Source: Octopus bimaculoides
Taxonomy: Eukaryota
Length of the DNA: 37,266 bases
Reading direction: 5' to 3'
Assembly: GCF_001194135.2 (NCBI RefSeq)
Contig: NC_068995.1
Location: forward strand, 22,195,519 to 22,232,784
The notes under the pieces: generated by a model
Seen by the model: only the letters and a program-made list of their open reading frames with translations
The model's database searches: none
What the model was told of the DNA's origin: nothing
Part shown: positions 1 to 10,179 of the stretch, one piece after another
How the letters are laid out: each line of letters begins with the position of its first letter
How positions within the stretch are numbered: the first letter of the stretch is position 1
Program-made: the position numbers and the translations under genes

Positions 1-247
1 AATATTCTGACATAATTAATTATGTTTTCAAGCTGAAAGAATTAATTAATCGTAGGTCTTTTCACGTATAATTACTGTAATTGTTATGAATTAAAATATG
101 AAAATTGATTCTGCTAATATTTTGCATTTATGTTCTACGACATTTTATTCCCACTTATATATAATATTCAAACATTTTTATCCGAGTTATTGCTATTCAT
201 CGACAAAATGTATGTGCTTTGCATAGACAATTATGTGTGCGCATATA

Positions 248-386
248 GACACACACACACACAAACACACAGACATATGCATATACCTATATGTATGAAT
301 ATGTATGCGCGTATGTGTGTGAGTGTGTGTGCGTGCGTGTGTGTGTATGTGTGCGTGCGCGCGCGTTTGTGTGTGTGTGTGTGCAT
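248..386. repeat. Compound microsatellite (AC)n ... (GT)n/(GC)n
   Basis: Direct dinucleotide runs at about 248-275 and 314-386. Confidence 0.95.
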
Positions 387-841
387 ATCATAATTTTCTG
401 TTACGATTGCTGCAATATTTCATTGTAAACGTGATTAAGTGTTAGACAAAAGTATATGCTGTATTTATATGCGTACCATGTTTATGTGCAGCCAGAATTT
501 ACTAAACAGAGGCAAATAAATTGAGTTAACCATTTGGTGGTTTTGAAATTAAATATCAGTTCCGTTAAACTCTTTGACTATGCTACACTTCTCACATGGT
601 GTTTTGGCAGCTAGCTAGAAGAATTCTTAAAGCGGTGATAAAAATGCCATGCAATATTTGAACCAAGTCTTTACTATCTAAGTTCAACTATTGCTGCAGC
701 TTTGTTTCATATTAAATCTCCGGAACCAATAAAATACAACACTTCCAAAACAACCGGATTCGATACTATTGAATAGAATCCCTCGAAATAAAATTTCGGA
801 CTCTGTGCTTACATTAGAAACATTATCAATATTAAAGTATC

Positions 842-1062
842 CGAAGGCCCTCAGATGGAAGAGACCTTATTACGCCGAACAAAACGCTTACCGCCATTTC
901 TTCAGTCATTAGGTCCTGAGATCAAATTCCGCAGATTGAGGATGACTTTGCCTTTCATTCTTTCGAAGTCGATAAAATAAGAACCAATCGAGCACTGGAG
1001 TCGACTTAATTGACTTACACTCGTCCATTGAATTTGCTGGGCTTGTGCTAAGATAATAAACG
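842..1062 (+). mobile_element. tRNA-derived SINE (family 1, head AAGGCGGCGAGCTGG-like), decayed, with 14-bp TSD
   Basis: Aligns by eye to the reverse complement of the copies at 11403, 22339 and 32980 (shared gactttgcctttcat..gtcgataaaataag..gagcactgg). Flanked by the perfect direct repeat AATATTAAAGTATC at 828-841 and 1063-1076. Confidence 0.85.
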
Positions 1063-1419
1063 AATATTAAAGTATCTGACAAAATGCTTTCGGTTACGTA
1101 CTTCATGAGTTCCAGTCTCACTGTGCATGCGCGGTGCCTTCTATATTGTCGCAATTCCTAAAATGATATACGAGAGTGAGGTACTAAGGTCATTAGTATC
1201 AACTTACATCTTGCTCAGTTAAAAGCAATTATAAAGGTTATGAACATATAAAGTTGTTAGAAACATTGCTTATGTTGTCTTTTTCCAGTTCTTTGCGTTT
1301 TTATTCTTTCCTGCAGCGATCAGCATTTTTCCATACAGTATCGATAAACGCAAAACCTTTTTATTCTTCTCAAAATTGCTTTCTTTGTGCCAAAATCTGA
1401 AACTATTTCTCTCATTCCT

Positions 1420-1865
1420 TCATTCTAGGGTGCTACACCATCGCATGCTGGGCTATTGTGTTCATGAGCAAGTTAGTGAACGAGCATCTGGTTTCAGTTA
1501 CTAGTATATGGAGGTCCATAATAGAACAGTACTTACTGGGAGAAATGCGTGGGATGAATGGCCTGTAACCCTTAGCTAATGATAGGTCGTTTTCTGCTCT
1601 ACATCGGTATTTTCGCATCACAGTATACAGCGTTTAGGTTATATAACGTTCGCATCACAGTATATATCATGTCAGGTTGCTCTCGAGTGCTACTGGTGCC
1701 ATGTAGTCCAGTACAACCTGTTACACGGTCGGGTCGTCGGCGACTAAACTGGCAACCCCACCAGGCTTGTTTGGTGAGGTGGGTGATTGTTGGACAGCGT
1801 GCGGGACAAGAATAAAACTCGATAAAGGGCAAACGAACTACAGCGTAGTCAACGGCCATTCAACA
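1420..1865 (+). mobile_element. GC-richer unclassified segment, probable 5' leader of a non-LTR (RTE-type) element
   Basis: Sharp rise in complexity and GC versus the flanks; contains an HDV-like fold at 1698-1752; lies directly upstream of the RTE leader, separated only by a (GT)n tract. Family assignment is inference. Confidence 0.4.
1698..1752 (+). ncRNA. Candidate HDV-like self-cleaving ribozyme (P3/L3 degenerate)
   Basis: P1 GCCATGT(1698-1704)/ACACGGT(1723-1729) with a G.U first pair; P2 CCAGT(1708-12)/ACTGG(1748-52); P1.1 CC(1717-18)/GG(1731-32); P4 GTCG-TCGG-CGAC; J4/2 CTAA(1744-47). All elements are in nested double-pseudoknot order. Confidence 0.55.
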
Positions 1866-1877
1866 ACGTGTGTTCGG

Positions 1878-1915
1878 AGTGTGTGTGTGTGTGTGTTGTG
1901 TGTATTGCATTTCAA

Positions 1916-1950
<35 letters not shown>

Positions 1951-1975
1951 CTGTGTGTGTGTGTCTGTGTGTGTA
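1878..1975. repeat. (GT)n microsatellite, interrupted
   Basis: Direct. Confidence 0.95.
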
Positions 1976-1999
1976 ATGTACATATTGTATTGTCACTGT

Positions 2000-4200
2000 C
2001 TCTTGTCTCACCCGAGGCATTGTATTCCAGAAGAGGCGGAAGAACCATTTGGTCAAATGGAATTTCGGGATTATTGGGACCCCGGTTTGGTTAATGACCA
2101 AGCAAAGGCATATGAACTAGTCTACTGGCCATCGTCTCCTAATGAGTGTGACTCCCTGATCTCGCTCTGCTGCCTTGGGGATAGAATTTTTAGTCAAAGG
2201 CTCTGGGCGGGGTCTCCTAAGCTAACCCCCTAATTCGGCCAAGGCAACCGGGTAGTATACGCCTACTGAAAACCATTGATCCTTTACCCTCTTTCACCAT
2301 GGTTTGGATGGCAAGGGCAGGAGGAGCTCGTCAGACATGGTCGGCAACTCACCTAGGAGAGGGTAACTCTGACTTCAAACCTACGGCCCGAGGATTTCGC
2401 TGTCGCCGTCCCAGCTCGCTAGGCCATGAGAGATGAACCTCGTGCGTAAAGGGTGGGACCAGTTTGAACGCACTGCATTTCACTGTAAAACTCCTCAGCG
2501 TAGACCAAAGAACACGTCCAGGTTCTATGACGAACCATCACAAAAGCCCTGCAGCGATGGGAAAGGGTGGAAAGCGGCAGGTGGAAGATGTCACTGGAAG
2601 CTGTAGGCTCGATCCTACATGTAGGCGGCTGGTTGACGACCCGGAGGCGACGACACCACTCGGCAGCATCCTCAGCAACCGGGCAGCCCTATTTAGGGAG
2701 AGCACTACCTGCTCCACATGGGAGAGGGGCGGTAGACAAAGTTCGCCTAAACAAAGCTCGTCTCCTATATACCCAGTTGGCTAGCCGCGGTCAACGTACA
2801 TCTTCAGAGCGGTCCACCAAACAGGGAAACAAAACCGAAGAGAAGTAAGCAGGACTTGAAAGTCGCCTGCTGGAATGTCAGGACCATGCTTGACAAGGCT
2901 GACAGCAGCCGCCCGAAACGCCGTTCGGCTCTCATAGCCCATCAACTCTCTCGCCTCAACATTAACATAGCAGCTCTCAGCGAGGTCCGCTTCGCTGGCG
3001 AGAGCATCCTCAAAGAACGCGACGCTGGCTACACCCTTTTCTGGTCCGGGAAACCATCATCTCGAAGACACCTGTCGGGTGTAGGACTCGTGGTGAGGAA
3101 TTCCATCACCTCCAAATTGGAAGCGTTAGCAACTCGTACTGCATCATACCCATACGCCTACCACTGGAGAGCAAACAGCATCTCACGCTCTTTAGTGTTT
3201 ATGCTACAACTCTACTGGCAGATCCTGCGGACAAAAACAGCTTCTATTCTGATCTGCGTAGACTCTTGTGCCCTACAAACGACGAGGACCTGATTCTTTT
3301 GCGATTTCAACGCAAGAGTTGGGAGGGACTCTGAAGCATGGAAAGGAGTCCTTGGAAGTCATGGTGTTGGCAGCTGTAATGACAACGGGCGCCTACTGCT
3401 TGAGTTCTACACAGAGCACCAATTTCCTATTACCAACACAATCTTCCAACAGAAAAACTGCCTGAAAACAACTTGCATGGATGCTCGGTCCAAACATTGA
3501 CATCTACTTGACTATGTGCTTGTGCACCAGCAGAACCTGAAAGATATTCTACACACAAGACTGATGCCCAGTGCAGAGTGCCACACTGACCATCGTCTTG
3601 TCCGCTGGAAGCTGAAGCTCCAGCTCAAATCCAAACAAAAGAAGAAAGTTAACCCCGTAAAGAAACTCAACGTTGGCAGCTTGTGCCGGAGGAAAGTGAA
3701 AGTCAAGTTCCAAGCAGACCTGCAGCAAAAACTAGACGAATGTCCTTGCACTGATGACACCACGCAAGACATCTTGTGAGAGAACCTGACATCAACCATC
3801 ATTAAGACATCTGAGGAAGTTCTTGGGCACATAAAGAAGAAAAGAAGGACTGGTTCGATGATAAGGACAAGGAGATCCAGGAATTAATAGCAAGGAAGAG
3901 CGCAGCTCATCAGGCCCACGTCACACAATCAGCTTGTCCTTTTGAAAGCTACTTTTCGACGCGCATACAGTAAACTCAGAGAAATGCAGAACGAGTGGTG
4001 GGACCACCTGGCGTGGGGAACCCAGCTGTGCGCTGACCTCGGAGACTATAGAGGTTTCTATCAAGCTCTGAAAGCTATGTATGACGCCACCCATCAGGTC
4101 CAGAGTCCCCTGCGCAGTTCAGATGAACAGGAACCCTTCACCGATAGCACCTCCATCCTCGCTCATTGGTCTGAACACTTTCAAAGCCTCTTCAGTGCAG
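2000..4200 (+). mobile_element. RTE-clade LINE, 5' leader plus frameshifted APE endonuclease and linker; truncated before the RT domain
   Basis: APE motifs from 2856: LKVACWNVRTMLD, AALSEVR, GYTLFWSG, (G)DFNARVG, NDNG..LL, LDYVLV, C.TDH.LV. Linker ends HWSEHFQSLF at about 4195. The leader has the RTE-typical ggcaac..ctaggagagggtaactctga..tcaaacc motif. Multiple frameshifts and stops. Confidence 0.9.
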
Positions 4201-4940
4201 CTTTTGATGCCTGCTGTTTTTGAGATGATCCTCAGAGTAACGATGACAATAGTTAACACTCTTGACTTTCTCGTTTTCTGTTTTCCCAATATTTTGGTCT
4301 ACAGGTATAGCTACATCGATGAAGGTCATTCAGTGGACTCTTTCCGTAGGAGAGTGATATCCAGTCGGTTATGTTGTATTTTTTTTATCTGTATATTTCA
4401 CCAGATCATTCTATGCTACTGACAAATGTTGATACTATACTAGGAACTTCTATCCCATACCTCCTGCACAACTCCCACTGTATTTGCACTGTCACTTATA
4501 ATGTTCTTTGTACTCCTGGAACGCCAGTTTTGAGAAGTCACTAATTTTATGCCTGTCGCAGAGGATTTTTTCACCTAATCTGCTCGAAGGTGATAGAGCT
4601 ATTTTATGAATGCTACTTCACTGCTGTCTTCTTGTACTCAGTTCATTAACAGCGCATTTATCTAGACCAAATGCCATCTGGATGTTATGTGAGAAATTGT
4701 GTACAGGCTCAATAAGAGAATTTAATTAAATTTCGCTAGTTCCGTAAAGCTTTAAATCGTCCATAAACAGTAGGGTCCTAATTCTCATGTTCTGCATGTT
4801 CTGCAGTTCCTACACTCCTCAAAATCATGGACAGCGGTAACATACTAGAAATAAAAGCAGGGGTGACACAGAATCTCCTTGAAAGATTGTACTCTTGATG
4901 TCAACTTGCCCAGTTTCGAATCCACCTCCTGTCATTAACC
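4200..4940 (-). mobile_element. R4/Dong-like RLE non-LTR retrotransposon, 3' part (RT domains 4-6 plus restriction-like endonuclease), decayed, internally deleted
   Basis: Minus-strand translation gives IFQGDSVSPLL (IFQGD 4873-4887), LFMDDLKLY (4744-4770), MAFGLDKC, WELCRRYG, HNRLDI (about 4352-4372) and IDVAIP (4303-4320). These are the typical RT and PD-(D/E)xK motifs of R2-group elements. The CCHC region is not seen. Confidence 0.85.
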
Positions 4941-6600
4941 TCTGGATACTTGTAGCTCTTATTATGACACAGCGATCTCATGATATCTTGTAACAAGTTT
5001 ATTCCATCATACTTCCTCTTCCGCCCTCTTTTCATAAATTATCGCAGTGTATTTATTTACTCGAGACTGCATTCCAGTATCCTTACTGAATATTCTTAAT
5101 GTTTATATCATAGAAACCAGGTCTTATTTTTTATATTGATTAAAACAGGTTATTTATTTTCACCTTCGTTCAGGTAAACTCATAGGCAGGCCTGGACCTT
5201 TTCAGCATACTTGTCAGATTGATTAACACAGTGCCGAAGTGTGTCTGAGAAAGCGTGTCTCCATGGAAAATGCTCCTACGTAGTTTCACATTTCCAAGTG
5301 ATTCATTTGTAAATGTCAGTTTTACATCTCACACTCTCATTGCTTTCTTCATACAGTTGTTCATACAGTTGTTTATCTTCTCATTGACTCCAAGTCGCCT
5401 CATGCACTCCAAGAGCCAGCAGTGTGAAACATTGTTGTATCCAACCCAGTAATCTATCCAGTCAACACGAAAATTCTTATCTCTTACTTGTACCTCATAT
5501 TAAATCCTAGTCTTTAAATACTCGTACAGAGATCAGCAGTTCCTTTGACTTTTTTCTGCATCATCTTTACTCCTCTGGTAATAAATTCTCCATAAAATTG
5601 TATCTTCATCTGCAACAGGGTCAGGTAATAACGTCCAAAATAATAGAAAGCAGGTAATAAGTCTATAATTGCTGAATTCTTTTGCTTTGACTTCTCTATC
5701 AGTACTGTCCTGTTTGCTATTCAGGCTGGAGTGTCACTTTCAATGTAATCGGAGAAAAACAAACGTATATGTCTGCGTATACTTCGGAGAATTTTTAGCA
5801 AGAATTCGCGATGACCATCAGGTCGGGACATCACTTTGGTGTATTTATACAATCTCTTTCACCTATCCGAAATTGTTATATTTTCTTGTTTCACTCCATC
5901 TTCCATTTCTCTTTTAAATTTTTGCAACCAGTCTGCGTTTATGTTATGTTGCACATCTTTTCTCAAGATTCCTGCTCAAAATATTCTTCCTCTTCCAGCA
6001 CCTAACGTATCATCCCCCCTGATGCTCCTCCCCACTGTCCAGTTGTTAATACAATGTCGTTTCGTTTCTCTTGAAAAGTCTATTCTGCTTGTACTCTTTT
6101 GTTCCCTGTTGATATCAGTTATTATTTTTTTTCCTGGCAGTGCTTTAATTTTTTTTATCTTATCTCTTCTTTAATTGCCTGAAGAATTTGTGTTTAATGT
6201 TTTATTTTCATTGCACTTCATTCATGTGTCATTGGCTCAAACTTCTCTTCTTTCCGATTGCTTGCATCCGTCTATGACCTCATTTGAACTATTAAATTTG
6301 GTTTTTCATTCTTCGTTCCCTCAATGGAATTTTCACTTGTTATCCTTTAGCTTTTAGCCCTAAGAATATGTACAGCAACAGACCTCTGTTATATATATAA
6401 GGTATTTTAGATCTTTTATATTTTCAATATAAATATTCGTCAACATCTCGTCCATCTTTTTTCAAAACTTAGTTTTCCCTTTCGGATCCCTCTCAGTTCT
6501 TGTAATCTCTCTGTCTCATTCTGGCGTTGAAGTAAACTCCTTTCTTTCTCTGTCGCGACCTTTCCTTCTGCAAAATAAAATTTGATCTCATCTGGTCGAC
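4941..6600 (-). mobile_element. Second, more decayed R4/Dong-like element (N-terminal region plus RT domains 0-7)
   Basis: Minus strand: PDG..F.LK, NYRLITC, ENLLPEE, WIDY..YNNVSHCWLLEC, RRSIFHGDTLS (IFHGD 5257-5271), RIFSKDTGM, YKY (4946-4954). Many stops and frameshifts. The 5' boundary is approximate. Confidence 0.75.
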
Positions 6601-6699
6601 GGTACCGTTTGTCAGAATTTACAGATCCTCCTACTGATATCTGTTCTTGGTCGGCTCCATTTTCTTCGTGCACAGAGTACATTCTCCTCTTCTTCTTCC

Positions 6700-6731
6700 T
6701 CATCATCCTGGTCGTCGTCATCATGATCATG

Positions 6732-6769
<38 letters not shown>

Positions 6770-6770
6770 A
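6700..6770. repeat. (ATC)n trinucleotide microsatellite
   Basis: Direct; source of the poly-M/D/I ORFs. Confidence 0.95.
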
Positions 6771-7039
6771 GGGATTATAACCATAGCGATCACCGACTTC
6801 ATTCAAGATAAAATTAGGAAAAGTGAGATTAATGTTGATTATGTATGTAACGTTACATTACCTGAATAACAAATATCATATAATAAAATATCCTGTTGCT
6901 GTGAGAATTTCTAAGTTTAATAACTTAATTAATGCTATTAATAAAGCTATCCTTCAACAATTACTATATTTGTTTCTATTTGTTACTATCGTCACCACCA
7001 TGTTACAGGTTAAATTGAGGAAAATTCATACATATTCGT

Positions 7040-7117
7040 GTGTATACATACATACATAAATATATCTATCCATCTATCGATCTATCCATATATATATGTG
7101 TGGGTGTGTGTGTGTGT

Positions 7118-7161
<44 letters not shown>

Positions 7162-7348
7162 GTTATATCTCTATAGATGCATATATATTTGTATACACAT
7201 ACACATACACATACATACACAAGCATATATATACATTTATTTACTTGCATATATATATATGTATATATATGTGTATATATATACATACATACATACATAC
7301 ATACATACATACATACGTACGTACATAACATACATATATACATATATG
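7040..7348. repeat. Compound microsatellite (TG)n, (TA)n, (TACA)n
   Basis: Direct. Confidence 0.95.
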
Positions 7349-7580
7349 TATTTGTCTGAGACATCTAGGAGAATTGCGGAAATACTAAATGAACTGTTGA
7401 GACAATATGACGACAAAATAACAGTCCTTCATTCTCTATCAACATGCCAAGGACCAACATGGAGGCAACCTGGGTGAACTTGACATCCGCATTTTATCCA
7501 ACCATCCAATGGACCCAACGCTCAGACACATACAGGAGTACGTCCTCATAAATGAAACATACCAGTACTAAATAGGAGAT
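7345..7580 (+). mobile_element. Penelope-like element GIY-YIG C-terminal fragment (second subfamily)
   Basis: YLSETSRRIAE then, after a frameshift, YQHAKDQHGG...IRILSNHPMDPTLRHIQEYVLINE. This matches the PLE pattern YIGET.R..R..EH / H...H / DP.LRQ..E..I. Confidence 0.6.
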
Positions 7581-7779
7581 AAACGTAGTAGATAATCACA
7601 CCCCGATACCCATAGTTTATATTTATATACAGGTAGAATAGTTAGTGGGCTGTTATGTAGATAGATATATGTATTGTGTGTATATGTATACGCGTATGTA
7701 GGCATATGGATATGATAGTAAACAGACAGACATGCAGACGGATGGGTACATCGGTTATATGAACAGAAAAGTACACATA

Positions 7780-8190
7780 CACAAACAAACAAATGAAGAC
7801 TGATACATATGACCATATACACACACACTTCAATTCGTATAAGGACACATATGGAGATACACATCCATATATACAGACACAGTACATAGTCACAAAAAAC
7901 CCATACACAGACGCACATATACACTCAGACATGCACACACAAGGAGACAGAGGTACACAGACACATACACTCACAAAAAACATAAACATGAACACATAAA
8001 CATGAATATGCAGAATACATACATACAAGGGTACACGCATGCATATATATATATACGGACACATGCATACATACATACATACTTACATACATACACATGT
8101 ATAAAAGCACACATACATACATACGTGCCTATATACATCCATGTGTATGCGCACACACACTGACCCACACACATACGCACAAACAAACAA
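7780..8190. repeat. Degenerate AC/ACAT-rich low-complexity tract
   Basis: Direct; decayed microsatellite. Confidence 0.85.
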
Positions 8191-8199
8191 AAAAACGCA

Positions 8200-8395
8200 G
8201 CTTGAATAACAGAGTCAACAACTATTGTAAAGGTTGCAAGTCGCAACGAAAATTTTCGAAAAATAAATAAGTAAATGAGGGAAAATATTACCGGCGCGTG
8301 TGTTAAATTATAAAGCACTAAAAGAGAATGACTCTCCCCAGACACAACAGGACATGCTTCTACACAAAGAATCTTGCAAACCAAATCCAAAAACG

Positions 8396-8397
<2 letters not shown>
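8200..8397 (+). repeat. Unclassified short element ending at (TA)n, containing a hammerhead-like hairpin-GAAA-palindrome
   Basis: GTTGC-AAGTC-GCAAC (8233-8247) followed by GAAAATTTTC (8248-8257); (TA)n at 8398-8437. Confidence 0.3.
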
Positions 8398-8442
<45 letters not shown>

Positions 8443-8489
8443 TATATTAGCACTTCAATATGAATACGAAATGCTCATAAATCTTTAGC

Positions 8490-9140
8490 AATAAAATTAG
8501 AATAGGCCATAGCCTAACTAGCAACCCAGCTATTATTATAGCCTCTATTGACAATAAGAAAACTAGACTCCTTCTTCGAACCTAGGAAGAATAACAATAA
8601 AAATCACAACAACAAATCGAGTGATATAATAAGCGATCTTCCAAATAACTAGACCTCTAAAAATACGGACAACCACCTTATAAATGATGATCACCCTCAC
8701 CATATCATAGGCACAGATAATCTTACTAATCTATGTGATTGCAGAGATGAAAATACTTGTGAATTCTTGAATAAATACAAAACTAAGAATGTAATTTACC
8801 AATGTGATGTATTCTCTAATAATTACAAGAATACTTATATGGGAGCAACTAAAAATGGAATGAAACTGGGATATAATTCCCATCTATCGAGTTTCAGAAA
8901 TAGAAATAAAGCTATCTCTACCGGATTAAGCAGTTTCATTTGGGAACTTAAAGATAACATTAATTATAGATGAGAATGGCGCATCCTAGCCAAAGCCTCT
9001 TCATATAGCCTTAAAAATAATCTCTGTAATTTATACATTAATGAGTTCTTCATTTTAATTCAGAATTACTTAATAAGCGAGACGAGAAAAAAATAACATG
9101 CTTATGTAAAGATAAATTCCTCTTCTCTAAATGCCGCTAA
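8490..9140 (+). mobile_element. Penelope-like element, 5'-truncated: linker, Zn-knuckle and GIY-YIG endonuclease, decayed
   Basis: KIRIGHSLT, NLCDCRDENTCEF, KNVIYQC...TYMGATKN, STGLSSFIWELKD, WRILAKASSYS...CNL. Collinear with the copies at 17.2-17.8 kb and 36.9-37.3 kb. About 800 bp of probable 3' UTR/pLTR follows. Confidence 0.85.
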
Positions 9141-10144
9141 TACCTACATTACAGGTTAGTAGCTGACATGTCTAATATCTAATTACCTCCCCTCGACCCC
9201 CTCCTTACAACAGAGCATGATTTAATATCATAAATCACAATTATATCAAATTACTCCGACTAACTGAATTATTTATCGTAAATGCACAATGTACACCAGG
9301 AGCTATAATTCTCTTTAATATATTCCCATTAAAGTTAGGTCACTGACTAACATACAAATTGCTAGGCAATACAAATTGCTAACATAAGTACGATTAAACG
9401 TGTGATTTAGCCTATTCAAGTCGTTTGGTTTTAATTATATTAACGTGGAGATAGCCCACGATGCACACAGCATTTTTTTTATTTGTTATACCTTTTTGCG
9501 TAACCGAGATTTATACGGTATATCGCACTCAAACTTTTAAGAGCATCCTTAATTTTTAACAAAGGCATTATTTGTAATTTTAGGAACTTATTTAGCAGAC
9601 TCAAATAGCATTATTCATTACAATTGACACCGAATATTACTAGCAAGTATAACTCTCTCGACTAACACCCCGGTTAACTAGTTATTTTACCCACTTACTG
9701 CTACTCCATTCATCTAATTGAAGAAATGTACACACACGTGCAACCTTTAAAGGACACAAAAATGTAATCCTAAAGTCTTAACGAACTTTTTTCCTTTTTC
9801 TCCTGTCAATATTCCGCTGATAAACTCTGACGATGTCTGTTACATGGAACGAGAGAAATGCAAATTTGCCTAAAATGTAACAAACTAAAACAGCTGTAAA
9901 TGTCATTTTAACTACAATCAAACTATGACCATTTAATAGCAACTATCAACTGCAAATTGGTAATTTTTGCTCCATTTCTTTTTCTCTCTGAATATAATAA
10001 ACCACGGTTTACCATTTAAACTAGCAATTATTGTTAACCTTATAGCAAGGCCTATACACAGTTACGTAAGTCACAAGTAGTACTTACGGATACATTTATC
10101 TCTTAGACGGTTGCATAACTTCTAACTCATAATCTATCTATTTA

Positions 10145-10179
<35 letters not shown>

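Noticed and set aside
2408-2459. GTCCCA/TGGGAC pair resembling HDV genomic P2
   Set aside because: No valid P3/L3 or P1.1, and no C-N-A-A directly before the 3' arm; likely coincidence.
6440-6869. Poly-Met/poly-Asp/poly-Ile ORFs
   Set aside because: Translations of an (ATC)n tract joined to decayed retrotransposon sequence.
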